DNA from: Malacoraja senta
Taxonomy: Eukaryota
Length of the DNA stretch: 64,000 bases
Direction of reading: 5' to 3'
NCBI GenBank assembly: GCA_038087875.1
Contig: CM075992.1
Location: 5,210,001-5,274,000, forward strand
The notes beneath the pieces are model-generated. The model was not told the origin of the DNA and ran no database searches. It saw only the letters and a program-made list of their open reading frames with translations. A program made the position numbers and the translations under genes. Of the stretch, positions 1-11,384 are shown one piece after another (the first letter of the stretch is position 1; the number at the start of each line of letters is the position of its first letter).

Positions 1-394
1 TGGTCGGCATGGGCAAGTTGGGCCGAAGGGCATGGTATGATTGTGGCTCCATTGTGTGAGTTGCCTCTTTAGGTACACAAACATCTCATCATTCACTCAT
101 TCACTGACAGTACCTACCTGTAATATAACAGCAATAATTAGTGATCATTCTTGATTAATGAGATAAATAAACGTAACTGGCCTGTACATTTGAGACAAGC
201 TGGAGGTAAGACACAAAATGCTGGAGTAACTCAGCGGGACAGGCAGCATCTCTGGAGAGACGGAATGGGTGACGGAATGGGTGACGTTTCGGGTCGAGAC
301 CCTTCTTCATGAAGGAGGATCTTCATTATTTCAAATAGGTTGCCTTATCTTTAGCGCTACTCACGGTAATATCGTGACAGCGCCTCAAAAATGT

Positions 395-1055
395 TTCATG
401 GGAATCACGAGAGGAATAGATTGGTAGTAGCACAGAGTCTCTTGCCCGGAGCAGAGGAATCGAGAATCAGAGATTTAAAGCCCTGTCCCAAGGTACGAGT
501 TCATTCCAAGAGCTCTCCCGAGTTTAAAAAAAAAAAAAACTCGTGGTAAGCACGGAGAATGAACGTGGCGGGTACGTCGGAGCTCGGGGATGTCTCTTAG
601 CGCTAACGGCAGGTACTCGGGAAGACTCGCTAACGGCAGGTAAGCACGGGAAGACTCGTGAAGATTTTTACAACATGATGAAAAATGTCCACGAGAGCCC
701 CGAGTACCGACGGGCGGCCATTACCGTAAATCTCCGAGTTCGAATCAGGGCAAACTCGGTAGAACTCTTGGAATGAACTCGTACCGTGGGACAGGGCTTT
801 CAAGGTGCGGGGAGAAAGACAGGGAACTGAAGGGGGGATTTTTTCACACAAAGGGTGGTAAATGTATGGAACGAGCTGCCAGAGGAGGTAGCTGAGGCAG
901 GTACAATTGCAACATTTAAGAAACATTTGGACAGGTACATGGATAGGACAGGTTTGGAGGGATATGGGCCAAACGCAGGCAGGTGGGACTAGTGTAGATG
1001 GGACATGTTGTTCGGTGTGGGCAAGTTGGGCCGCAGCAAGACTCTATGACTCTAT
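395..1055 (+). mobile_element. CR1-type LINE 3' fragment, interrupted by a MITE
   Basis: Similar to 7560-8030 (MRGIDRVDAQSLLPRVGESRTRG...FTQRVV..WN), with a tail ending in tatgactcta repeats. Confidence 0.8.
478..799. mobile_element. PIF/Harbinger-like MITE, family A
   Basis: Long TIRs AAGCCCTGTCCCA.GGTACGAGTTCATTCCAAGAG, flanked by TTA/TCA, non-coding. Near-identical copies at 33027, 35592 and 42204. Confidence 0.8.
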
Positions 1056-1143
1056 CTGACAGTGGAGTCATGTAGGTGTGGTTATTATTTTAGAACATCT
1101 TTTGGCAGCGGTAGGGAAGGGCAGGGTTAACTAACTGACTGAC

Positions 1144-1372
1144 CTTTCCGTGCAGTCCTGAATGTTGCTCTCGCAGTGTAGTCCATTGAAGCCAGCCTTG
1201 CAGCTGCAGGTGTAGCTGTTGACGTAATCGGCGCAGGTGCCCCCGTTGCGGCAGGGGTTGCTCTCGCACTCGTTCACCTCGTCCGAGCACCGGGCGCCCG
1301 CGAAGCCGGGCAGGCAGCTGCAGACGAACGAGTTGACGCCGTCGTGGCACGAGCCACCGTTCCCACAGGGAT
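1144..1372 (-). CDS. notch3: Notch exon (exon 18 equivalent; EGF24-25 and start of EGF26)
   Basis: 229 bp, cag|...|gtcagt. Translates to [75 protein letters not shown](S). The gene continues beyond position 1. Confidence 0.92.
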
Positions 1373-1499
1373 CTGAGGGGAGGAAACAATAACCCACGCT
1401 GGCAAAAAACGGACAAACAGTAGCTCAGAGGGTCAAGCAGCATCTCTGGAGAACACGGATAGGTGGCGGTTCCCAACTCTCCCTGTAGCTCAGGCCAAC

Positions 1500-1780
1500 A
1501 GACAATAGACAATAGACAATAGGTGCAGGAGTAGGCCGTTCGGCCCTTCGAGCCAGCACCGCCATTCAATGTGATCATGGCTGATCATCCATCCTCAATC
1601 AGTACCCCGTTCCTGCCTTCTCCCCGTATCCCCTGACTCCGCAATTTTTAAGAGCCCCATCTAGCTCTCTCTTGAAAGCATCCAGAGAACCGGCCTCCAC
1701 CGCCCTCTGAGGCAGAGAATTCCACAGACTCACCACTCTCTGTGAGAAAAAGTGTTTCCTCGTCTCCGTTCTAAATGGCT
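1500..1780 (-). mobile_element. CR1/HER1-like LINE 3' end with (ATTGTCT)n tail
   Basis: Encodes RTETRKHFFSQRVVSLWNSLPQRAVEA...GYGEKAGTGY, followed by the 3' UTR. Further copies near 2678, 5588, 19935, 25840, 36449 and 60095. Confidence 0.85.
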
Positions 1781-3325
1781 AAATTGGAGATGAGAGGCAG
1801 CAGGTCAGACAGCTGTGGCGATGTGCCAACCTGATTTAAGGGCAGATAATGGTAAGGTGTTGTAATTGCTGGGTTTGTTCACAGCTTATTCTCACTGCAA
1901 CTATCTTTCTTTCACTTCTTTTGAAAGAAGCCCTTATTTTATCCCCTAATAAAACAGCACAGGAAAACGCCCTTTAGCACACGATGTCTGTGCCAAGCAC
2001 GATGCCAAAACAAGTTCTTCTTCTCTGCCTGCACATGATCCATATTTGTTCGTTGCCTGCATTTCCATGGGCATATCATCTTAAACACCACTATCATAGC
2101 ATGCCTCCAGAGAACCTGCCTCCACCGCCCTCTGAGGCAGAGAATTCCACAGACTCACCACTCTCTGTGAGAAAAAGTGTTTCCTCGTCTCCGTTCTAAA
2201 TGGCTTACTCCTTATTCTTAAACTGTGGCCCCTGGTTCTGGACTCCCCCAACATCGGGAACATCAAGCCCTCATAAATATCTGCACTCTCTCCATCTTGA
2301 TGACATCTTTTCTATAGCAGGGTGACCAAAATACTCCAAATGTGGCCTCACCAACATCTTGTGCAACTGTACATAACACCACAACTTCTACACTCGCTAC
2401 CTTGACTGATAGAGGCCAATGTGCCGAATCCCTTCTTGAGCATCCAGGTTCACCATGTACTATGTGCCTGCACTCCTAGACCCCTCTGCTCCACAACACT
2501 CCCCAGAGCCCTGCCATTAACTGTGAGGTCCAGCACTCGACCAAATCTTTTACCTCCATGGGTGCAGGAGTCAAAACGGGCTGAAGAGGAAGAGGCCACT
2601 CCCTGGAAGTTAAGGGGAGGCGAGTTGTTTGGGTCGATGGATATTTCTTCAGGAATGAAGAGGCTCGTCTTGAAATGGACAATAGACAATAGACAATAGG
2701 TGCAGGAGTAGGCCATTCGGCCCTTCGAGCCAGCACCAGCCATTCAATGTGATCATGGCTGATCATCCCCAATCAGTACCCCGTTCCTGCCTTCTCCCCA
2801 TATCCCTTGACTCCGCTATCTTTAAGAGCTCTATCTAGCTCTCTCTTGACAGCATGGCATCCAGGCATCTGAAGCCTGGCTACCAGTGTCTGAGGGAATG
2901 ATTTCAAGGGGTCGGAGCACAGGGTTCCCACGGGACTGGAGGAAGTAAAAAACGTTGGGAGAGCCAAGAAGAACTCAGCCGCTGTTCAGTTTAGAAACAT
3001 AGAAACATAGAAAATGGGTGCAGGAGGAGGCCATTCGGCCTTTCGAGCCAGCACCGCCATTCATTGTGATCATGGCTAATCATCCCCAATCAATAACCCG
3101 TGCTTGCCTTCTCCCCATATCCCTTGATTCCACTAGCCCCTAGAGCTCTATCTAACTCTCTCTTAAATCCATCCAGTGACTTGGCCTCCACTGCCCTCTG
3201 TGGCAGGGAATTCCACAAATTCACAACTCTCTGGGTGAAAACGTTTTTTCCTCACCTCAGTCTTAAATGGCCTCCCTTTTATTCTAAGAATAAAGGAGAT
3301 ATAGTTTGGAGATACAGCATGGAAA

Positions 3326-3447
3326 CAGGCCCTTCAGCCCACGCCGACCATCGCTCAGGCCCTTCAGCCCACGCCGACCATCGCTCAGGCCCTTCAGCCC
3401 ACGCTGACCATCGCTCAGGCCCTTCAGCCCACGCCGACCATCGCTCA
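3326..3447. repeat. 30-bp minisatellite, 4 copies, inside a SINE tail
   Basis: Unit caggcccttcagcccacgccgaccatcgct repeated four times with one substitution. Confidence 0.95.
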
Positions 3448-3728
3448 CCCATTCACACTCGTTCTATGTTATTCCACATTTTCCATCCATTCCCTACACA
3501 CTTGGGGCAATTTACAGGGGGGCAATTAGCTTACAAACGCACACTTTTTGGGATGTGGAAGGAAACCAGAGCACCCGGGGGAATCCACACAGGCAGAACG
3601 GAATCTAATGGAAGGGTTTCAGGAACCAGCTGAGAGAGCAGAATGTACAACTTTTACGATCGGTTTTATTTTGCTGCAATTGGACTCAAGATGAGCCGCT
3701 GATTGCTGAATGATTAATAAACACTCAC

Positions 3729-3881
3729 TTGGGTAGCAGTCGTTGATGTCGGTCTCACAGTTGTGGCCTGCAAAGCCCGGCCCACACACACAGATGTAGC
3801 TTCCCAACGTGTTGGTGCAGCTGCCTCGATTCTTGCAAGGGTTGGATGCACACTCATCAACATCCACTTGACAGATCCGAC
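3729..3881 (-). CDS. notch3: Notch exon (exon 17 equivalent; EGF23 and start of EGF24)
   Basis: 153 bp, cag|...|gtgagt. Translates to [51 protein letters not shown](N). Confidence 0.92.
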
Positions 3882-3994
3882 CTGAGGGTGTAGGTGTGTG
3901 CGTGTGAGACAGAGAGAGAGAGAGAAAGGAAACGATAAAATACCATTAAGCGAAGAATGCTTCAAGTGCATTTGCGTAACACACAAAATTACCA

Positions 3995-4300
3995 GCAAAG
4001 CACACTAAGTGCTGGAAGAACCCAGCGGGTCAGGCAGCATCTGGGGAGGGAATGGACAGGCGACGTTTCAGGTTGGGACTCTTAGTCAGATCCTTGATTG
4101 TAAAGAGGGGTCCCGGCCTGAAACATCACCTGTCAGTCTGAAGAAGGGTCCCGACCCGAAACGTCACCTGCCAGTCTGCAGAAGGGTCTCAGCCCAAAAT
4201 GTCACCTGTCGGTCTTACAATGGGGGGTCACAGCCTGAAATATCTTCTGGCCATTTTCTCCCCAGATGTTGCCTGACCCACTGAAATCCTTCAGCACTTT
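3995..4300. mobile_element. Penelope-derived fold-back element with tandem hammerhead-like units
   Basis: Inverted arms (aagtgctgga..cagcgggtcaggcagcatctgggga / cccagatgttgcctgaccca..cagcactt) enclose about four ~39-nt units. The best unit reads CTGAAGA-A-GGGTCCCGACCC-GAAACGTC at 4138-4165. Confidence 0.7.
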
Positions 4301-4302
4301 GA

Positions 4303-5152
4303 TCCGGAAGTGGCGGCGCTGTTGAACAGCAGCGGCTCGCCTGCAGTCCGTCTGTTTTTACTTTTTTTGTTGTTTTCATTTGTCCTGTTTTAGTTAAATT
4401 TTAGTTTATTGGGTTGTGTATGTGTGGGGGGGTGGGGGGGGTGAAACATGATTTTTGTCTCTTCCTTCGGGGGAATGCGAATTTTTCTTGTCGAATCCCC
4501 CTTCTCTGCCTCCGTCTGCGCTGAGGCATAATGGCGGAGCTGACGGCCTCCAACTGCGACCGACTGACCTCGAGGCTCCGGAGGCAGAGCCAGGACTTAC
4601 CAACGCGAGGCGGGCCAACTTCGGGGCTGCGGTGGCGTTCCGGCGTTCCGGCGGTGGCGACCAGGGACACTGGTGGCGACCTGAATCCGGAGGCTCGGCC
4701 GCGGGCCCGGTGGACGACATCGTCGGGAGCTCGCAGGTCACAGGTGGGTGACCTGTTTTTCTGGAGCTCCCGCAACTACAGCTGCGTCCGCTGGACTGGA
4801 GGGCGGCAGCTTTGGCAGCTTCGACCACCCCGGGCCGCGGAGTTTGAACCGGCCCATCGCGGAACACGGATTCAGCCGCGGGACTGACTTACCATCACCC
4901 GGCGGGGCCACAACATCAGAAGCCTGGATCGCCTCAGCGCAGAGGAAGAACAAAGAGGGAAGAGACAGAGACTTTAAGACTTTTGCCTCCATCACAGTGA
5001 GGAGGTGCCTGGTGAACTCACTGTGGTGGATGTTAATTTGTGTTTATTGTGTGTTTTGTTATTTTTTATAAGTATGACTGCAGGCAACGCAATTTCGTTC
5101 AGACCGAAAGGTCTGAATGACATATAAAGGAATCTCTAATCTCTCATCTCTC
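4303..5152 (+). mobile_element. GC-rich non-autonomous retroelement with Rex/Babar-like tail
   Basis: Starts ccggaagtggcggcg, has a CpG-rich body, a hairpin at 4988-5030, a 3' stem-loop and an (aatctct)n tail. It is nested in the Penelope-derived element, whose remainder resumes near 5155. Confidence 0.65.
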
Positions 5153-5234
5153 TAGATTGCAACGTCTGCAATTTCTTGTGTCCCTCCTCATTCCCCACTG
5201 CCGGGGAAGAAGGGGAAGATCAGAGTCCCGTTAC

Positions 5235-5354
5235 CTTGCCATCCGTCCGCGCAGGTGCACACAAAGTCCTCGTAGTCAGCGGTGTGGTCACAGAAGCCGC
5301 CGTTCCCACACGGGTTGGGAGAGCAGGGAATCAGGACGTTCTCACAGTTTTCTC
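5235..5354 (-). CDS. notch3: Notch exon (exon 16 equivalent; EGF22)
   Basis: 120 bp, cag|...|gtaac. Translates to GENCENVLIPCSPNPCGNGGFCDHTADYEDFVCTCADGWQ(G). Read manually. Confidence 0.9.
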
Positions 5355-6119
5355 CTGTCGACAGAGAAGGGAACAGTTGTCACCCAAGGGTTATCGCTCG
5401 ATGGGAGTGGTGATCGCAGGATCGTCTGGGCTAATGGCATTCACGGTACCGTCTGCTCAGTGGCGGCAGCAGGATTCCATCACCGTTAACCCACCAACAG
5501 GTCAGACAAACATCAAGAGTCTTTCAATGTCATGTGGTCCCACAACAGAGCAATGAAGTTCTAACTTGCAGGACATTTTCTGTATTCCCAATCAAGTCCA
5601 GAAACAGGGGCCACAGTTTAAGAATAAGGGGTAAGCCATTTAGAACAGAGATGAGGAAAAACATTATCACCCCGAGAGTTGTGAGTCTGTGGAATTCTCT
5701 GCCACAGAAGGCAGTGGAGACCAATTCTCTGGATGCTTTCAAGAGAGAGTTAGATAGGGCGCTTAAAGATAGCGGAGTCAACGGATATGGGGAGAAGGCA
5801 GGAACGGGGTACTGATTGGGGATGATCAGCCGTGATCACAGTGAATGGCGGTGCTGGCTCGAAGGGCCGAATGGCCTCCTCCTGCCCCTATTGTCTATTG
5901 TCTAACAGTGTTAACGGGACATTTTTGTAAACCCACGAGTAATGGTCTCCCCATATACACATCCAATGTTATGAGTACTGGTCTATCCATATGCCCACCC
6001 AGTGGCAAGAGGAATAGTCCCTCCATACACCCAGCCAGTCACATGAGTGAAGGTGTCTCCATAAACCCACTCAATTGTGTTAGCAGGAGTCACTGTGTGG
6101 CATGAATCAGACAGAGTCT

Positions 6120-6605
6120 CACCCCGGCCATTCCCCCTCTCCCATCAGGCAAGGGGTATAGAAGTGTGAAAACGCACACCTCCAGATACAGAGACAGTTT
6201 CTTCCCTGCTGTTATCAGGCAACGGAACCATCCTACCAACAACTAGAGAGCGGTCCTGAGCTACTATCTACCGCATTGAAGACCCTCGGACTACCTTTGA
6301 TCAGACTTTACTGGACTTTATTAGTTTCTAGTTATTAGTTTCTGGACTCGAGTTTGATAGAGCTCCTAGGGCTAATGGAATCATGGGATATGGGGAAAAA
6401 GCAGGAACGGGGTACTGATTTTGGATGATCAGCCATGATCATATTGAATGGCTGTGCTGGCTCGAAAGGCCGAATAGCACCTATTTTCTATGATTCGATG
6501 TTAATCTTGCACTGTATGTTATTCATGTTACTCCCTTTCTCGTGTATTTGGACGGGTTGATTGGAATCATGTATTGACTTTCACTGTAGCTTTTCACTGT
6601 ACACG
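6120..6605 (+). mobile_element. Rex/Babar-like LINE 3' end with a CR1 tail inserted
   Basis: PSGKGYRSVKTHTSRYRDSFFPAVIRQ-like C-terminus. Similar 3' UTR at 11885-12135 and 60745-60975. Confidence 0.6.
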
Positions 6606-6921
6606 TGAAATTAAACTAAATTGAAACTCAAACTCCCTCCTTGAATCCACCCAACGGCATTAACAGGATTATCTCGTATGTCTGAAGACCATATAACTGC
6701 AGCAATTCGGTTACTTTGAGTGTCCCGGGGAGCCGCGCGGGCCCGATCCACCCGCCAAGCAATCTGGGCGCCGACGACTGGAACGCACCCCGGTAGACCC
6801 GACTCGCCCCACAGGCCTCCCTGGGGACTGCGGAGAAGCCAGGCGGTGAGGGTCGAAGGAGCCTCAGTGGCAGCAGCGATGGGAGCCTTGGATGCGGCAG
6901 CGGGAAACTCGGTGGCAGCTT

Positions 6922-7092
6922 GAGCCTCGACGGCAACAGGAGCCTCGACGGCAACAGGAGCCTCGGTGGCAACAGGAGCCTCGACGGCAACAGGAGCCTC
7001 GGTGGCACCTTGAGCCTCGACGGCAACAGGAGCCTCGACGGCAACAGGAGCCTCGACGGCAACAGGAGCCTCGGTGGCACCTTGAGCCTCGG
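6922..7092. repeat. 18-bp GC-rich minisatellite, about 9 units
   Basis: Variants gagcctcgacggcaacag (A), gagcctcggtggcaacag (B) and gagcctcggtggcacctt (C) in the order AABACAAAC. Confidence 0.9.
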
Positions 7093-7559
7093 CTCGGCGG
7101 GAACCTTGGCGGCAGTGGAACGTGAGGGGATGGGGGGGGGGGAAGACAATGGGGACCTGGCGTGGGGGGACCGCCATGAAGAACAATGGAGGACCCGGAG
7201 TGGGGGGGGGGGGGGGGGACTCTAGATTTAGAATCTTCTGCCCAGAGGGGATAAGCCTGCATTTGTTTGTTTGTTTGCTGTCCATTCCGGTTTAAGTGCT
7301 GTGCACGCGGCAGCCAGCCAACAGTCGGTGGCAATTTCTGTAACAAAAAAAACTTGGGAGTGGCACAGTGGGGGTGGGTTGCCAATTTGTCATTTACAGT
7401 TGGAATCCCCCTTTAATGGTGAAGTTGGTTTCATGATATGAATCTTGACTGCCCATGGATGATGGATGGATGGGTGACTCATATTAATAGTTAACAGGAA
7501 GTATTCTTCTGGTCAACTTGCAAGCAAAGCATTAGAGTGTTGCACCCACAGGAGATATT

Positions 7560-8030
7560 ACAAGCATGTTGCCAGGACTCGAGGGTGTGAGCTATAGGGA
7601 GAGGTTGAGTAGGCTGGGTCTCTATTCCTTGTAGCTCAGGAAGATGAGGTGTAATCTTATCGAGGTGCATAAAATCATGAGAGGAATAGATCGGGTAGAT
7701 GCACAGAGTCTCTTGCCCAGAGTAGGTGAATCGAGGACCAGAGGACGTAGACTTCAGGTGAAGGGGAAAAGATTTAATAGGAATCTGAGGGATAACCTTT
7801 TCACACAAAGGGTGGTGGGTGTATGGAACAAGTTTCCAGAGGAGGTAGTTGAGGCAGGGACTATCCCAATGTTTAAGAAGTAGTTATACAGGTACATGCA
7901 TAGGACAGGTTTGGAGGGATATGGACCAAACGCAGGCAGGTGGGACTAGTGTAGCTGGGACATGTTGGCCGGTAACATGTGTGGGCAAGTTGGGCCGAAG
8001 GGCCTGTTTCCACACTGTATCACTTTATGA
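7560..8030 (+). mobile_element. CR1 LINE 3' end whose tail matches the V-SINE tail
   Basis: ORF 7644-7883 is a CR1 ORF2 C-terminus. The tail gggccgaagggcctgtttccacactgtatc is shared with the SINEs. Confidence 0.85.
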
Positions 8031-8162
8031 CACCCATTACTGCTTTGGGTATATCTGGGGGTCATTGGCTGATTACTGATGAAACTTGTTGATGTTAAAT
8101 GCAAAGCAGTGGCACGCGGTAACTAGTGAGATGGCTCAGTCCACCTGAGATTTAATTCTTAC

Positions 8163-8276
8163 CTGTATAAGGCAGCTCACACTGGCAGGAGTAACTAGCA
8201 ATCCCATCCACGCACATTGCTTTGTTCAAGCATGGGTTCGACGCACAATCATTGACATTGAGTTGGCAGTGCTGGC
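8163..8276 (-). CDS. notch3: Notch exon (NOTCH1 exon 15 equivalent; EGF21)
   Basis: 114 bp, cag|...|gtaag. Translates to GQHCQLNVNDCASNPCLNKAMCVDGIASYSCQCELPYT(G). Read manually. Confidence 0.9.
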
Positions 8277-8699
8277 CTGCGTGAAGCAATAACAAGGTCT
8301 ACGTTTAGTCAGGCAGGCAGGATACCTCCAGGCTCGGAGGACTTGAAGGGGCCACATCATATTTAGTAATACAAGTAAGTATCTGCGTCCTTCAATTTTA
8401 AAGAAGTTAGATGAGAGTTTGTCTTTGTGCTGGGAGTTATTAAGAACCGGTATATTCTACATGATCTAAAGGACATGGTAACACATTGAAGGACAACTTT
8501 GAGAAGGAACTTTGAGTCAGAGTTAGAGCACAGAAACAGGCCCTTCAGCCCACCAAGTCTGTACTGACCATCACATATCCAATCACACTAATCACATTTT
8601 ATTAACGTTACATTCATAGTGTTCGGTGGCCATGAATTCCAATTAGGATAATTCGGATATCCAGTTATGGTAAAGTTATACAAGTCTTAGTCTACGCAC

Positions 8700-8845
8700 C
8701 TCGAAAGCCCTCCTTGCATTTACAGATGTATCCGTTGACCAGGTCAGAACAGCTCCCTCCATTCTGGCACGGGTTGGAGTGACACTCGTCCTTGTCAATG
8801 CCACAGTTCACCCCAGTCCATCCCGATTCGCAGTCACACTTGTAC
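8700..8845 (-). CDS. notch3: Notch exon (exon 14 equivalent; rest of EGF19 plus EGF20)
   Basis: 146 bp, tag|...|gtgcg, phase 2-1. Translates to [48 protein letters not shown](G). Read manually. Confidence 0.92.
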
Positions 8846-9521
8846 CTAGATATTAAGTTACCGCAATTAATTTAGCCAGAGAACAAACAACAAAAATCAG
8901 AATAAGTTGAAGGTAAATCCCGAGAGAAATGCGGTGGGGGCAGGAGACAGGAAAGAGGGAACGAGTCCGATAAAGGAGACCGAGAGGAAGAAAGCGTGAG
9001 AAAAAAGGAGCGAGAGAAAAATGGAAGGAAAAAGGACAATACAACGCACGGGATGAGGCCGGAAAAAGAGGGAAAGGCAGCTCGAGAGAGAGGGAGATTG
9101 TAAGAGGGAGAAAGAGTGTGACAGAAAGAGATAGGCAGTGCAAGAGAATAAATGAATGAATGAATGAATGAATAAATGAATGAATGCTTTATTGTCACAG
9201 TGAAATTCTTTGCTTGCATACCCAAGGTATACAAATAGTCGCCACTTAAAGGGCATGGACAAAATTACAAAGTATTCTGCGCCAGGTCCTCCTTTGTTCT
9301 TCCCCCCTCCTCTCACAATGGTCAACCCACGCCCCAGGTCCAGAGGAAGCCTGAGGCAGTAAGATGCAGTGCAGGAGGGAGGGATAGAAAGAGAGAGACA
9401 AGTGTAAAAAAGAGCAGGAGATGGGGAGTGTGGGAAAGAGTTGACACGTGAGAGAAAGAGGTGGAATGGAAAAGAGTTAAGTAAGCATGAGAAAGAGAGA
9501 AGCAGTGTGATAGCTTCAACG

Positions 9522-10118
9522 ACTCCAACATGGCGGAGCTGCGGGGTATGTGGAGCGTCCGGCTGCGGCAGCGCTGGGTTTGAACACCGCGGAGCCTGGG
9601 ATCTCTCGCCGAGATCGCCAGTGTCGTAGCATCGACCAGCGCGGCCTGTGGACTTCGGGAGCCGCGGTCTCCGGGGAGGAAGCGGCCGTTCCAGACACTC
9701 CTAGCCGCGAAGAGTGTTCTCCCGACGCCGGAGCTCCATCATCCGGCGAGAGGGCCTGTAACATCGAGCTGCCGTCGCAGCGACTGCGGAGGCCTCAATA
9801 GGCCCGACCATGGGTGAACAAGAGGAAGAGGGCTGGACTTTGTTGCCTTCCCTCACAGTGGGAACCATTGTGGGGGGGATGTTTTTTATGTTTGCCGTTA
9901 AATTCTTTAATGTTGCGCTTTATTTTTGGCGTGCTGCAGATGGCTCGGAAAACATGGCTCGCGGAGGTGAGGGTGAACGCTGGTGCGATTGGCTGCTGCT
10001 GCTCTCTCTCCGAATTGTGTATTGTTGCTGTATATGTTTTTGTTTCATGCTTGTTTTAACTGTAAGGTGTCCTTGAGAGTCCTGAAAGGCGCCCGATAAA
10101 TAAAATGTATTGTTATAG
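9522..10118 (+). mobile_element. GC-rich non-autonomous retroelement with L2-like tail
   Basis: Starts ccaacatggcgg, has a CpG-rich body and a hairpin at 9849-9879. Tail reads gtgtccttgagagtcctgaaaggcgcccgataaataaaatgtattgtta. Confidence 0.6.
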
Positions 10119-10529
10119 CGAGAACGCCAGGAAGAGGCGGAGTGAGAAAACGGGAGGGTGAGGGCACGTGCGGGAAAGAGATGGCACATGCAGGAGCTCC
10201 TGAATGGGAGAGCAGGAGAGCGCAAAGACAGAGAGGGAGAGAGAGAGAGAAAGAAAGAGACAGAAAGAAGAGGGAGAGAGGGACGGGGAGAGAGCAGGTA
10301 CAAGTATAGGAATACAAACGAGGGAGAAAGAGGGGAAATATAGAATGGAAGTAAAGAGTAAAGATAAACTAATGTTTTTAAATGATCATAAAAGCAGAGA
10401 AAGAGGAAAAGAGCTATAAAAGACACGCTTCCCCATTGGGTAAGTTAATAGAAGCAGGACAGAGACCCGGGTTGCATCCATAGTGTTCAGCCGCAGTTTA
10501 GTCCTTCAATTAGATTCCATTCTATCCGT

Positions 10530-10985
10530 GTGTTCCTGACTACGGGTGCTGTCTGTACGGAGTTTGTACGTTCTCCCCATGACCACGTGGGTTTTCTCCG
10601 GGTGCTCCGGTTTCCTCCCACACTCCAAAGACGTACAGGTTAGTAGGTTGTTCAAGAAGGAACTGCAGGTGCCGGAGAATCGAAGGTAGACAAAATTGCT
10701 GGAGGAACTCAGCGGGTGCGGCAGCGTCTATGGAGCGAAGGAAATAGGCAACGTTTCGTCCCGAAACGTTGCCTATTTCCTTCGCTCCATAGATGCTGCC
10801 GCACCCGTTGAGTTTCTCCAGCGATTTTGTCTACCTTCAGGTTAGTAGGTTAACTGGCTTTGGTAAAGATTGTAAATTGTCCCTAGGGTGTGTAGGATAG
10901 TGTTAGTGTAGGGGGGTCGCTGGTCGGCGCGGACGTGGTGGGCCAAACGGCCTGATTCGTCATTATATCCCTAACCTAAACTAAG
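10530..10985 (+). mobile_element. HE1-like V-SINE interrupted by a Penelope-derived palindrome
   Basis: V-domain ggagtttgtacgttctcccc..gtgggttttctccgggtgctccggtttcctccca, with an (aaact)n-like tail. Confidence 0.85.
10650..10837. mobile_element. Penelope-derived fold-back insertion with 14-bp TSD
   Basis: Near-perfect palindrome centred on aacgtttcgtcccgaaacgtt. TSD caggttagtaggtt at 10636-10649 and 10838-10851. Confidence 0.8.
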
Positions 10986-11024
10986 CACAGTGTTGAACCA
11001 CTGTAGCACCCAATTCCATGGGAC

Positions 11025-11260
11025 GCGTCCCTGGAGTGGGAACAGGCGGTGTCCACGGGGACTCTGGAGGCCTTCCATGAACGCTGGTCACCGCGGGAGG
11101 TCGAACGTATTGTTGATAAAAATGTTACTATTTTTAATTTGATAACTTTGTTTGTAAAATGCCAATATAGGCATTCTTTGATCGTGTTACTACTTTGTAG
11201 TTTTGTTTGTTCTGAATAAAAGCATTTTGTATGAGGGGAAAAAAAAAAAGAAAAAAAAAA
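11025..11260 (+). mobile_element. 5'-truncated Tx1/L1-clade retrotransposon
   Basis: TSD tccatgggac at 11015-11024 and 11261-11270, AATAAA and a poly(A) tail. Remnant ORF ASLEWEQAVSTGTLEAFHERWSP resembles a Tx1 ORF2 C-terminus. Confidence 0.75.
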
Positions 11261-11384
11261 TCCATGGGACTCCTGAGTGGTGAGAACTCCCCCTGCCCCT
11301 CAGCCCACAGCCACTGTGTCCAAACTGAGGAAGGGCAGGAGAGTGCAAGGCAGCACCCTCGCCCGCGATCCCTGGTCGCCTCAC

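Noticed and set aside
3326..3447. 30-bp direct repeats as a CRISPR array
   Set aside because: Units are contiguous with no spacers, derive from a SINE tail, and the context is vertebrate.
4401..5071. GC-rich ORF cluster as a CpG-island promoter or nested gene
   Set aside because: It lies within a repeat that has a retro-type tail and relatives elsewhere in the window. The ORFs reflect high GC content.
6611..7385. Long overlapping ORFs (224, 173 and 173 aa) as genes
   Set aside because: They are by-products of an 18-bp minisatellite, with low-complexity translations and no splice or domain support.
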